This document shows, in pieces, positions 9,143-16,651 of a DNA stretch of 64,000 nt. Each line of letters begins with the position of its first letter. Position 1 is the stretch's first letter. Position numbers and translations under genes: made by a program. The DNA is taken from contig DUDT01000009.1 in NCBI GenBank assembly GCA_005110385.1, positions 1,660-65,659 of the forward strand, in the 5' to 3' direction. Source of the DNA: Candidatus Melainabacteria bacterium (GTDB taxonomy: Bacteria > Cyanobacteriota > Vampirovibrionia > LMEP-6097). Under the pieces are notes generated by a model that was given only the letters and a program-made list of their open reading frames with translations, was not told the DNA's origin and made no database searches.

Positions 9143-9172
9143 ATGTTTATATTTAGGGAGGTTCGTTTATGA
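9143..9172 (+). CDS. Possible 9-codon leader ORF (MFIFREVRL) overlapping the downstream start codon
   Basis: GAGGAGG SD 5 nt upstream. Its TGA (9170-9172) overlaps the ATG (9169-9171) of the peptide gene in the sequence TTATGA. Confidence 0.3.
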   Translation: MFIFREVRL

Positions 9173-9336
9173 ACCTTGTTTCTGCTCTTACTCTGCCAGC
9201 TTTGGCTTTTGCGATCTTTTCTTTTGTTGGTCGCGGCAATACTGCTTCTGTGTCACTTAAGGGAGATTCTGGTAAATCTTCAGTGGCTTTTAGTGCTGGT
9301 GCTCGCGATCGAGCGGCAAAATTGTGTGCGGCTTAA
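9169..9336 (+). CDS. Small peptide (55 aa) with hydrophobic N-terminus, paralog of 8393..8572
   Basis: AGGGAGG SD. Translation is MNLVSALTLPALAFAIFSFVGRGNTASVSLKGDSGKSSVAFSAGARDRAAKLCAA. It has the same MNL start, hydrophobic segment, S/G-rich middle and DR..RAA..L tail as the first copy. Confidence 0.5.
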   Translation: MNLVSALTLPALAFAIFSFVGRGNTASVSLKGDSGKSSVAFSAGARDRAAKLCAA

Positions 9337-9344
9337 TTCTTCAT

Positions 9345-11345
9345 TTAGCTAAAAGCTTGAGCTAATTGCTTTTCCTGAGGCGTGTTTCTCAGTTGGGTTG
9401 TTGGTGCGATATTGTTAGCGGTGCTAGTCTGAATTTTCTCTTTGAGCGTATTCTTAAGATTAGCTGCTGATGCGATATTGCTCGTGAGATTAGAGTAAAT
9501 AGTATTAGCTTCTCGGGATTTTATTAACCAGTCTGTAACATTCAGTGGGGTTTTGAGAATACTCTTGACGGCTAGGAGGGCGGTTTTGCCGATGCCTGTA
9601 TCTTTATAACTTGCTAAGTGATCTGGTAATTCTTTCGCGAAAACTTCTTCTTCCTTCTCTTTAAATAATCCAGGTATGTCTTTTGGAGTGCGTCCTGTTA
9701 ATTTACTTGTGATTTTTTGAATGAGCCAGAAAGGACTCGAGACTGGGTTTAATTTTATTACAGCAGGATAAGTACCCACTGCGGCGTGGAAGTTTTTACC
9801 CCACCACATCCAGCCTTTTTTAAGGACGTTTATAAGTTCAGATAATGGAGGTTTTATTAGTGAATGAGAAACGAATTGGGTGTCATTATCAATAGCTCTC
9901 TTCTCTGCTTTTGGCATAAAGCTCTGTACGAAAGGTGGAGCGATGAATTCTACGAGCATATTCAATAGTATAGACTTGGTGGCAGGGTTGAGTATTTCCC
10001 CAGGTAGTAGATTTGATAAGCCTTTCATGAAATTTTGACACATAGGCATTAGTAGTTTTTTCGGAATAATATTATGGAAAGTTCCCATAAAAGATTCGCC
10101 TTTGCGAACTGATGCGTGTGCGTAGCTGGTCATAGCAGAGTCTATGCGATTTGCGTTACTAAGTATCATTGAGCCGAAGGCTTTTAGTGGAGTATTTGCA
10201 TCTTGGAAGCCAGTCGCTTGAGCTTTTTTATCTAATGTGAGTGCTGTTAAACCAAGGCTGGCCAGGGATGTTATGCCGAAATGAATAGGGTTGAATTTTG
10301 CTAGTGATTTCAGTTCTTCTTTGTCACCGTAAGAGTTTGTAGTATAGAGGGTTTTACCTTGCGCGTCTTTTAGTGTTTCACCAGGTGTAATGCCAAGAAG
10401 GTATTTATTTACATTATTAACAAATGGATCAAGGACTTTTTTAAGATTAAAGCCAGCTTCTTCTCTGACTAATTCACCATTGCCTTTATTTTTGAGCTTA
10501 AATTTTTTCTCGCCCTTTTCATTTTCTCCTCTTATCCATCCGATTAGCTTAGCTACACCAGTATCTTTCATGGCTTCGATTATGATCTGCTGTTCGGGAC
10601 TTGCTTCGCCTCCATGGTTGGAAGAGTTCGTAAGTATATTATTTTCTGCGGTAATAGTTCTTAAAATAAAAGTTAATGGTCTTGCGACCATGTCACCGAT
10701 AAGTGTATTCACTATTGGATTTTTTTTAGCAAATTCAGGGAAAGCTCGACGAAAAGCTGCTATGGATTGGTCTACGCCGATGTCGGTAACAAGGCGTGAT
10801 AGAAATGAATCTGAGAAAGTCTTTTCAATATTATTGTTTAAAGCATTATATTCTATACTATTTGGATCAATTTTCGCTGCTTCAAGTTTCTTAATCTGCT
10901 GAAGAGTAGTTTCTTTTTCTGTCTCCGAGAGGCTATCGGTTTCAAGAAGATTCTTCAACTCTTTACAGTACTCATCTAAATTGTTTGATAGTTTGGTTGC
11001 ATCACCTTCTTTGATGATTGCATTTACTACTGCTTCTGCAGACGAGCTGGTTAATAGAGCATTGGTCCAGGATTTTAGAACACTTTCCCAAAGAGAATAA
11101 GCAAAGCCTCGTGAATGTTCTTTTTCTTGGTGCTGAGTGTTTTTTTGTTTGGATTTTTCGGATTTACTAGCTCTGGAAAAGGCTTTGATATTGTTTTCGG
11201 CTGCAGGCTCTGCTTGTTTTAAACCTTGATTAAAAGCTTTAGCCGCGTTAAAAATCGTCCCAGTTGGCTCTGGGCTTGTTGCAGTATTTGGATTTATTCC
11301 TTGTTCTAGAAAGCTCTTGTTCGTACCTATAGAAGTACTAACCAA
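9345..11345 (-). CDS. Hypothetical 666-aa protein (orphan; polar disordered N-terminus)
   Basis: Long uninterrupted ORF with a TTG start 6 nt after GAGGGAGGG. I recognise no motif in it. Confidence 0.7.
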   Translation of the reverse strand: MVSTSIGTNKSFLEQGINPNTATSPEPTGTIFNAAKAFNQGLKQAEPAAENNIKAFSRASKSEKSKQKNTQHQEKEHSRGFAYSLWESVLKSWTNALLTSSSAEAVVNAIIKEGDATKLSNNLDEYCKELKNLLETDSLSETEKETTLQQIKKLEAAKIDPNSIEYNALNNNIEKTFSDSFLSRLVTDIGVDQSIAAFRRAFPEFAKKNPIVNTLIGDMVARPLTFILRTITAENNILTNSSNHGGEASPEQQIIIEAMKDTGVAKLIGWIRGENEKGEKKFKLKNKGNGELVREEAGFNLKKVLDPFVNNVNKYLLGITPGETLKDAQGKTLYTTNSYGDKEELKSLAKFNPIHFGITSLASLGLTALTLDKKAQATGFQDANTPLKAFGSMILSNANRIDSAMTSYAHASVRKGESFMGTFHNIIPKKLLMPMCQNFMKGLSNLLPGEILNPATKSILLNMLVEFIAPPFVQSFMPKAEKRAIDNDTQFVSHSLIKPPLSELINVLKKGWMWWGKNFHAAVGTYPAVIKLNPVSSPFWLIQKITSKLTGRTPKDIPGLFKEKEEEVFAKELPDHLASYKDTGIGKTALLAVKSILKTPLNVTDWLIKSREANTIYSNLTSNIASAANLKNTLKEKIQTSTANNIAPTTQLRNTPQEKQLAQAFS

Positions 11346-11600
11346 TTAGAGCCCTCCCTCGGAATGTTGGCGCTGACTTGTCTTTGTGAGGACAGTGAGG
11401 CCCAGTTATGCAATTTAGCTTGAAAGAAGTCATGTGAGGAGCTTAGTCAAGTATTACGTAATATATTATATACAAGTACAGAGGAATTTACTGGAAAATG
11501 TAATACGGAATATAAACAAATATTAATTAAATTAATGTCAAATGAAAAAAATTCTAATATCAGGTAATTTAGTTTTACATAAGAGCTTAAAGGTAATAAG

Positions 11601-12128
11601 ATGAAATTAATGCCTGCTAAAAAAGCCCTTTATCCAGGAAGTTTTGATCCTTTTACTTTAGGGCATTTAGATGTGCTTGTAAGAGCGGTGGAACTTTTTG
11701 ACTGTGTTGAAATCGCGATAGCAAGTAATTCTAGAAAGAAATCTATTTTAAATGCTAAGGAAAGAGAGTCTTTAGTTAAGATAGCTACGGCTGATTTACC
11801 CAATGTAAAAGTTTCTATAGTTGAGGGCTTGGTTATAGATTATGCAAGAGCGAATGATTATAGATTATTACTGAGAGGAATTCGTGCGGCTAATGACTTT
11901 GAACAAGAATTGGAAATGTCACAGATAAATAGATCTCTATCTCTAAAAGGATATAAGGATTCTATTGAGACTGTTTTCTTGATGACTAGTCCAGAATATT
12001 CTTTTATAAGGGCAAGCAGGGTGTGGGAATTGCTAGAATTGGGGGGAGATGTAAGCACTCTCGTTCCAGATTGTGTGAGTAAATATTTGGAGGGAAGAAA
12101 TATTGGATATTTTCAGCAAACTAGATGA
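11601..12128 (+). CDS. coaD: Phosphopantetheine adenylyltransferase
   Basis: YPGSFDPFTLGHLDV nucleotidyltransferase signature and RGIRAANDFEQE. Confidence 0.9.
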   Translation: MKLMPAKKALYPGSFDPFTLGHLDVLVRAVELFDCVEIAIASNSRKKSILNAKERESLVKIATADLPNVKVSIVEGLVIDYARANDYRLLLRGIRAANDFEQELEMSQINRSLSLKGYKDSIETVFLMTSPEYSFIRASRVWELLELGGDVSTLVPDCVSKYLEGRNIGYFQQTR

Positions 12129-12705
12129 AATCGGCGAATATATAGAGCAGGCTAAGAACATACCGATGATTAATCAGAAAATGATTGATCCCGAGTACTT
12201 GATGAGAGCTTTTGAAGATCTTTACGCGACTATCCCAGAGGAAATAAAAGAGGCTAGGCAGCTGATTGAGAAGAGAGATAAGGAACTTACTGAAGCTAGG
12301 AAGCAGGCTGATGATCTTCTCACTAGGACTAAGCAAGAATGCGAAACTATGCTCATCAGAGCTAAAGACCAAGCGGAAAAGCTTTTAGATGAAAGCCAGA
12401 TAAAAAGATCGGCTGAACATGAAGCTAAAAGCCTGTTCAATGAGTGTAGTGAACATGCTAAAAGACTAACTAAAGACGCTGAATCAGATGCTGAGGCTAT
12501 TAGAATGCAAGCCATAGAAAAGGCTCAGAGATTTGAAGAGCAGGCGTTACTAAAAGCTAGAAGAATTAAAGAAGATGCTGATAATTACGCACAGCAGATT
12601 CTTAGCTATATAGAAAGTGATGTAGTTAGAAAAATAGATGAGCTGAACGCTAAGGGTAAAAGCTTTTTTTCAGATTTAAAAGAGAAAGATTTACACCTGT
12701 CATAA
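12103..12705 (+). CDS. Hypothetical coiled-coil protein (ATP-synthase-b-like charged heptads)
   Basis: 200-aa E/K/A-rich ORF overlapping the coaD end by 26 nt. No catalytic motif. Confidence 0.55.
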   Translation: MDIFSKLDEIGEYIEQAKNIPMINQKMIDPEYLMRAFEDLYATIPEEIKEARQLIEKRDKELTEARKQADDLLTRTKQECETMLIRAKDQAEKLLDESQIKRSAEHEAKSLFNECSEHAKRLTKDAESDAEAIRMQAIEKAQRFEEQALLKARRIKEDADNYAQQILSYIESDVVRKIDELNAKGKSFFSDLKEKDLHLS

Positions 12706-12810
12706 GAAGGGCGTGCAGTCAAACGAATAAGTTCAAGGCTGAATGCCCAAAAAATTTAATCATTATCCTAGAAAATAGACGGGATAATTTGCTAATATAA
12801 TAGTCTGCCT

Positions 12811-12885
12811 GCGGAAGTGGCTCAGTGGTAGAGCAATTCCTTGCCAAGGAATAGGTCGCGAGTTCGAATCTCGTCTTCCGCTCCA
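12811..12885 (+). tRNA. tRNA-Gly (anticodon GCC), CCA encoded
   Basis: The cloverleaf folds by hand: acceptor gcggaag/cttccgc, D arm gctc-agtggta-gagc, anticodon arm attcc-ttGCCaa-ggaat, T arm gcgag-ttcgaat-ctcgt, discriminator U, then CCA. Confidence 0.92.
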
Positions 12886-12904
12886 TCTGTAATTAGGACT
12901 GATA

Positions 12905-14014
12905 ATGAACAAAAATCTAGAATTGATACCTGAAGAAATGATATTTGAGGATCTCGCTGTTGAGTTTGATTCTTTGCTTGATAAGAACTCATATAAGTTT
13001 GACTTTAAGGCGGGCGATATTATTAGAGGTTTTGTCTCTAGATTTGATAAAGATGGCGCACTTGTTGATGTGGGTTATAAGAGTGAAGGCTTCCTTCCTA
13101 ATAAAGAAGTGGCTAATAAAGAAGATGAATTAAGCCCTAAAGATGTGCTTGAACTCGCTAAAGAATATGATTTTTATGTAATTAGAGAAGAGAGTGATAA
13201 AGGTCCTCTTCTACTTTCTTATAAGAGAGTAGCTCAAGCTAGAGGCTGGGCTAAGCTTGAAGAGATTAAGAATAAAGATGAAATCGTCGAAGGTGAAGTT
13301 GTTGCTGTTGTTAAGGGCGGTATCATTATTGAGATTTACGGTGTTAGAGGTTTCGTTCCAGCAAGCCAGTTACGTGCTGCTTCTGAAATTGAGAATGAGA
13401 AAGGTGCTCTACTGAAGATGAAAATCATTGAGCTTAATAAGAATAGCCGTAAGCTTATCTGTTCTCGTAAAGTAGTTATAGAAGCGGAGAAAGCTAATCT
13501 TAGAGAGAAAGCTCTTGTTGAGCTTGAAGTAGGACAGGTTATTTCAGGTACTGTCGTTAGAGTAGCTGAGTTTGGTGCTTTTATCGACATCGGTGGTATC
13601 GATGGTTTACTTCCAGTCTCTGAGATTTCATGGCAGAGAATTAATCACCCTAAAGAAAGACTTTCAGTCGGTGATAATATTTCTGTTAAAGTTCTTAAAA
13701 TAGATGAAGCTGGTAAAATCAGTCTTTCATTGAAGCGTTTAGAGCAAGATCCATGGACTGAGATCGAAGATAAATTCGTCGAAGGTCAGATCGTTTCTGG
13801 TGCTGTAGTTAAGATCACAGCTTTCGGTGCTTTTGTGGAAGTTTATCCAGGAGTAGAAGGTTTACTTCCATCTAATGAAATTACTGATGATGAAGATGCT
13901 AGTCCAGATAAGTATTTAGAAGTTGGTCAGCAGGTAGAAGTTATTCTTAAAAAGCTTTCTCCTTATGAAAGAAGAATACTTCTTTCCATGAGAGATATAG
14001 CTTCGGCTAGTTAA
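12905..14014 (+). CDS. rpsA: 30S ribosomal protein S1 (four S1 domains)
   Basis: 369 aa with repeated S1 motifs (G.V..V...GA.VD.G..GLLP.SE). Confidence 0.9.
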   Translation: MNKNLELIPEEMIFEDLAVEFDSLLDKNSYKFDFKAGDIIRGFVSRFDKDGALVDVGYKSEGFLPNKEVANKEDELSPKDVLELAKEYDFYVIREESDKGPLLLSYKRVAQARGWAKLEEIKNKDEIVEGEVVAVVKGGIIIEIYGVRGFVPASQLRAASEIENEKGALLKMKIIELNKNSRKLICSRKVVIEAEKANLREKALVELEVGQVISGTVVRVAEFGAFIDIGGIDGLLPVSEISWQRINHPKERLSVGDNISVKVLKIDEAGKISLSLKRLEQDPWTEIEDKFVEGQIVSGAVVKITAFGAFVEVYPGVEGLLPSNEITDDEDASPDKYLEVGQQVEVILKKLSPYERRILLSMRDIASAS

Positions 14015-14046
14015 TTAATATCTAGAATTTAGTTTATAGATATTAA
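14015..14046. terminator. AT-rich hairpin between convergent rpsA and ftsW
   Basis: ttaatatcta/tagatattaa forms a 10-bp stem with a 12-nt loop. It is all A/T, so it is a weak terminator candidate. Confidence 0.3.
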
Positions 14047-14066
14047 TATTTTAAGCTCTAAAAATA

Positions 14067-15137
14067 TCACCACTCTTTAAACCGAGAAACATTCAGTAAA
14101 ATCCCCGCAATAATACAGGAGCTAATCAGACTACTACCACCATAACTAACGAATGGTAGTGTGACGCCAGTAATGGGCAGTAAGCCCGTCGCTACGCCTA
14201 TATTAGTAATGATCTGTACAGCCATGAGTCCTATTAATCCAATCCCCATCATGCGGGCGAAATTATCTGGCATAGAATGACAAATCTGTAAAGCTCTTAA
14301 AATCCATAAGAAAAAAAGTAATAATACCGCAGTGGAGCCAAGGAAGCCCATTTCTTCACAGATGATAGAGAATATAAAATCGGCGTGGGAAACGGGAAGA
14401 GCACCGAGTTTCTGTAGTGAACCACCTAAACCCTGTCCCCAGAGCTGCCCTGCACCAATCGCATACTGTGACTGGATTAGGTTATAACCCGAGCCAAGTG
14501 GGTCAGAGTGAGGATCTAACCAGTATTTTATTCTTGCGAGTTGGTAAGGTGTATTTAAAATATGAATAATCACTACACTCGCTCCAGCACCTACTCCTAG
14601 CCCTATGAACCATAGATTTACATTGGCTGCCAGTATTACAAAAAATATACCAGTTGCGATAATTAAACAGCTCCCCAGATCTGGCTGTTTTAAAGTTAGT
14701 ATCATCATAGCTAAGGACATTAGACCTGCTAAAAAAAAACCACGCTTTTCAAAAAAAGCTTTAGTGAAAAGTAATACTGATGATATTTTCGCGAATTCAG
14801 AGACTTGAAGATTTATAAAACCAAAAATATTTAGCCAGCGGCGTGCTCCGCCAACAACAACTCCATATTTAGCGTTAATTATCAGTAGTGCTAACACTAC
14901 GATGGCGATAGGTAGAGTGTATTTTTGCCACCATTTAAAATGTGAAAAACTCATAGTTAGCATTACAGGAATGCCAATTAAGACATAGAATCCTTGTTTC
15001 CAGATGAAAGTCCACGCAGATTCAGTGTAATGATAGGATTCACTCCAAGAAGCACTGGAAACGAAAACAAAACCTAGCAGAATAATGGCTATGCTTAAAG
15101 TCATTAAAGGCTGATCAACTTTAGAAATATTCTTCAC
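14067..15137 (-). CDS. ftsW: SEDS-family peptidoglycan glycosyltransferase, FtsW-like (adjacent to murD)
   Basis: 356-aa polytopic protein. Motifs QPSEFAKI-like (QVSEFAKIS), HADFIFS and TGVTLPFVSYGGSS. Confidence 0.8.
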   Translation of the reverse strand: MKNISKVDQPLMTLSIAIILLGFVFVSSASWSESYHYTESAWTFIWKQGFYVLIGIPVMLTMSFSHFKWWQKYTLPIAIVVLALLIINAKYGVVVGGARRWLNIFGFINLQVSEFAKISSVLLFTKAFFEKRGFFLAGLMSLAMMILTLKQPDLGSCLIIATGIFFVILAANVNLWFIGLGVGAGASVVIIHILNTPYQLARIKYWLDPHSDPLGSGYNLIQSQYAIGAGQLWGQGLGGSLQKLGALPVSHADFIFSIICEEMGFLGSTAVLLLFFLWILRALQICHSMPDNFARMMGIGLIGLMAVQIITNIGVATGLLPITGVTLPFVSYGGSSLISSCIIAGILLNVSRFKEW

Positions 15138-15138
15138 T

Positions 15139-16644
15139 TTAACAATGATAATTCATTTTTTGAAGAACGAGGTCTTTAAAGATATTTCCTCTTTCTTCAA
15201 AATTTTTAAACATATCAAAGCTAGAACTAGCAGGGCTTAGTATTACTGGAATTTCTTGTGGAGATGCGAGAGCAGCATCAATAGCTTTTTCTAAATTTTT
15301 AACTTTAATAAAGTTACGGTAATTTTGGGCTTTTAGTGCATCAGCGATTTTATCGCTGATTTCCCCTATTATAAATACAGCTTCAGCTCTTTCTGTAAGC
15401 ACTTTAATAAGTTCATGAAGATCTAAACCTTTATCTTTACCGCCGACTATTGCGATACATTTGTCAAAGGCTGTTAATGACTTAATCGCAGATTCTGGAT
15501 TGGTCGCTTTACTATCATTATAGAAATCTTTACCATTAATCTTTGCGACGAATTCTAGTCTGTGTTCTACGGGCTTGAAAGATTGAAGCTTTGTTATAAA
15601 TTCAGCGTTTGCTACATCTGTAAAATCTGAACAGGCAAGTAGGGAGGATAAAACATTTGAATAATTATGATTACCTTTGAGCTGTATAGAATCTACATGG
15701 CAGATTTTTTTAATTCCTCCTTTTAATCTTAAATGAAAAAAATCATCGTGTAAAAATGCGACGTCGAATTCATTTAACTCAGGCTTTTCACTTAAATTAA
15801 CTGTAGAGGAAAAGAATTTAATTCTAGAGAGAATTTCCTTAGAAGCAGTTTCTTCGCCTTTATCACTAAGCTCATTTAGGGGAGCTTGGTTAAGAATATT
15901 TTTTTCAGCATTAAATTCATGAGCGAGTCCTAATAAATAAGGATCGTCATAATTAAAAATAAGGCTATTTTCATAATCACTAGATAGATTAAATAGTTTT
16001 TTCTTACTAGTCTTATATTCATCCATACTGCGGTGCCAGTCTAGGTGATCCTCTGTGAGGTTTAAGTAAATGGCAGCCTGTGCTGGAAATCTTTCGAGGA
16101 TAGACCGTTTCGAATAGAATAGCTGAAAAGAACTTACCTCTAGAACTGCGACATTAGCTCTGCTATAGCCCCAGAAATCTAAGAAAGGCGTACCATTGTT
16201 CCCGACAGCTTTAGTCCCAAGTAGATGAGCAGTAAGCTCACTAGTAGTGGTTTTCCCGTTAGTGCCAGTGACTGCGATGTATCTCACAGCGTTTACAGTG
16301 GTTTCTAAATCTTGTAATTTAGTAACAAATAAATCTAAATCGGTCAGGTAATTAATTCGGTCTTGTTCTACTAGCTTACAGATATACTGAATGATTTCAG
16401 TGTCGGGCTGAAAACCTGGACTAATAGCGACTATGCTTACATCGTCTAGGAGACTGGTGTCTTGAGTGCCGAAATGAAATTTAACTCCTTCTTGAGTTAA
16501 AAAGTCAATCTGTGACATTAATTCTTTGAAATTATTTCTCTCTTTCTGCTCTATCACTGTGATGTCATAGAGTTCATCATCTAGCGCATGTCTGATTAAA
16601 GAGAATGCTGTTTTTCCTAAGCCGAGTATCGCTATTTTATCCAT
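15139..16644 (-). CDS. murD: UDP-N-acetylmuramoylalanine--D-glutamate ligase
   Basis: MDKIAILGLGKT start, GTNGKTTT P-loop and the Mur ligase C-terminal domain. The longer track ORF (to 16767) would overlap the upstream gene. Confidence 0.9.
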   Translation of the reverse strand: MDKIAILGLGKTAFSLIRHALDDELYDITVIEQKERNNFKELMSQIDFLTQEGVKFHFGTQDTSLLDDVSIVAISPGFQPDTEIIQYICKLVEQDRINYLTDLDLFVTKLQDLETTVNAVRYIAVTGTNGKTTTSELTAHLLGTKAVGNNGTPFLDFWGYSRANVAVLEVSSFQLFYSKRSILERFPAQAAIYLNLTEDHLDWHRSMDEYKTSKKKLFNLSSDYENSLIFNYDDPYLLGLAHEFNAEKNILNQAPLNELSDKGEETASKEILSRIKFFSSTVNLSEKPELNEFDVAFLHDDFFHLRLKGGIKKICHVDSIQLKGNHNYSNVLSSLLACSDFTDVANAEFITKLQSFKPVEHRLEFVAKINGKDFYNDSKATNPESAIKSLTAFDKCIAIVGGKDKGLDLHELIKVLTERAEAVFIIGEISDKIADALKAQNYRNFIKVKNLEKAIDAALASPQEIPVILSPASSSFDMFKNFEERGNIFKDLVLQKMNYHC

Positions 16645-16651
16645 GAAATTA

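Noticed and set aside
9051-9260. 69-aa ORF spanning leader copy 3 and the start of the second small-peptide gene
   Set aside because: It begins with GTG inside the conserved leader hairpin and reads through the conserved non-coding block in a different frame from the SD-preceded peptide ORF. Copies 1 and 2 have no equivalent ORF.
10390-10902. 170-aa plus-strand ORF, and many similar 60-160-aa ORFs in the track (for example 606..845, 4932..5120, 6288..6515, 7456..7728, 12222..12515, 13336..13590, 38465..38794, 43047..43307, 50232..50516, 51135..51434, 54407..54880, 54601..54825, 63190..63447)
   Set aside because: Each lies entirely antisense to, or out of frame within, a longer ORF that carries clear family motifs. 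Their translations are low-complexity (S/L/F/K-rich) with no motifs and no SD sequences. This is typical of shadow ORFs in AT-rich DNA.
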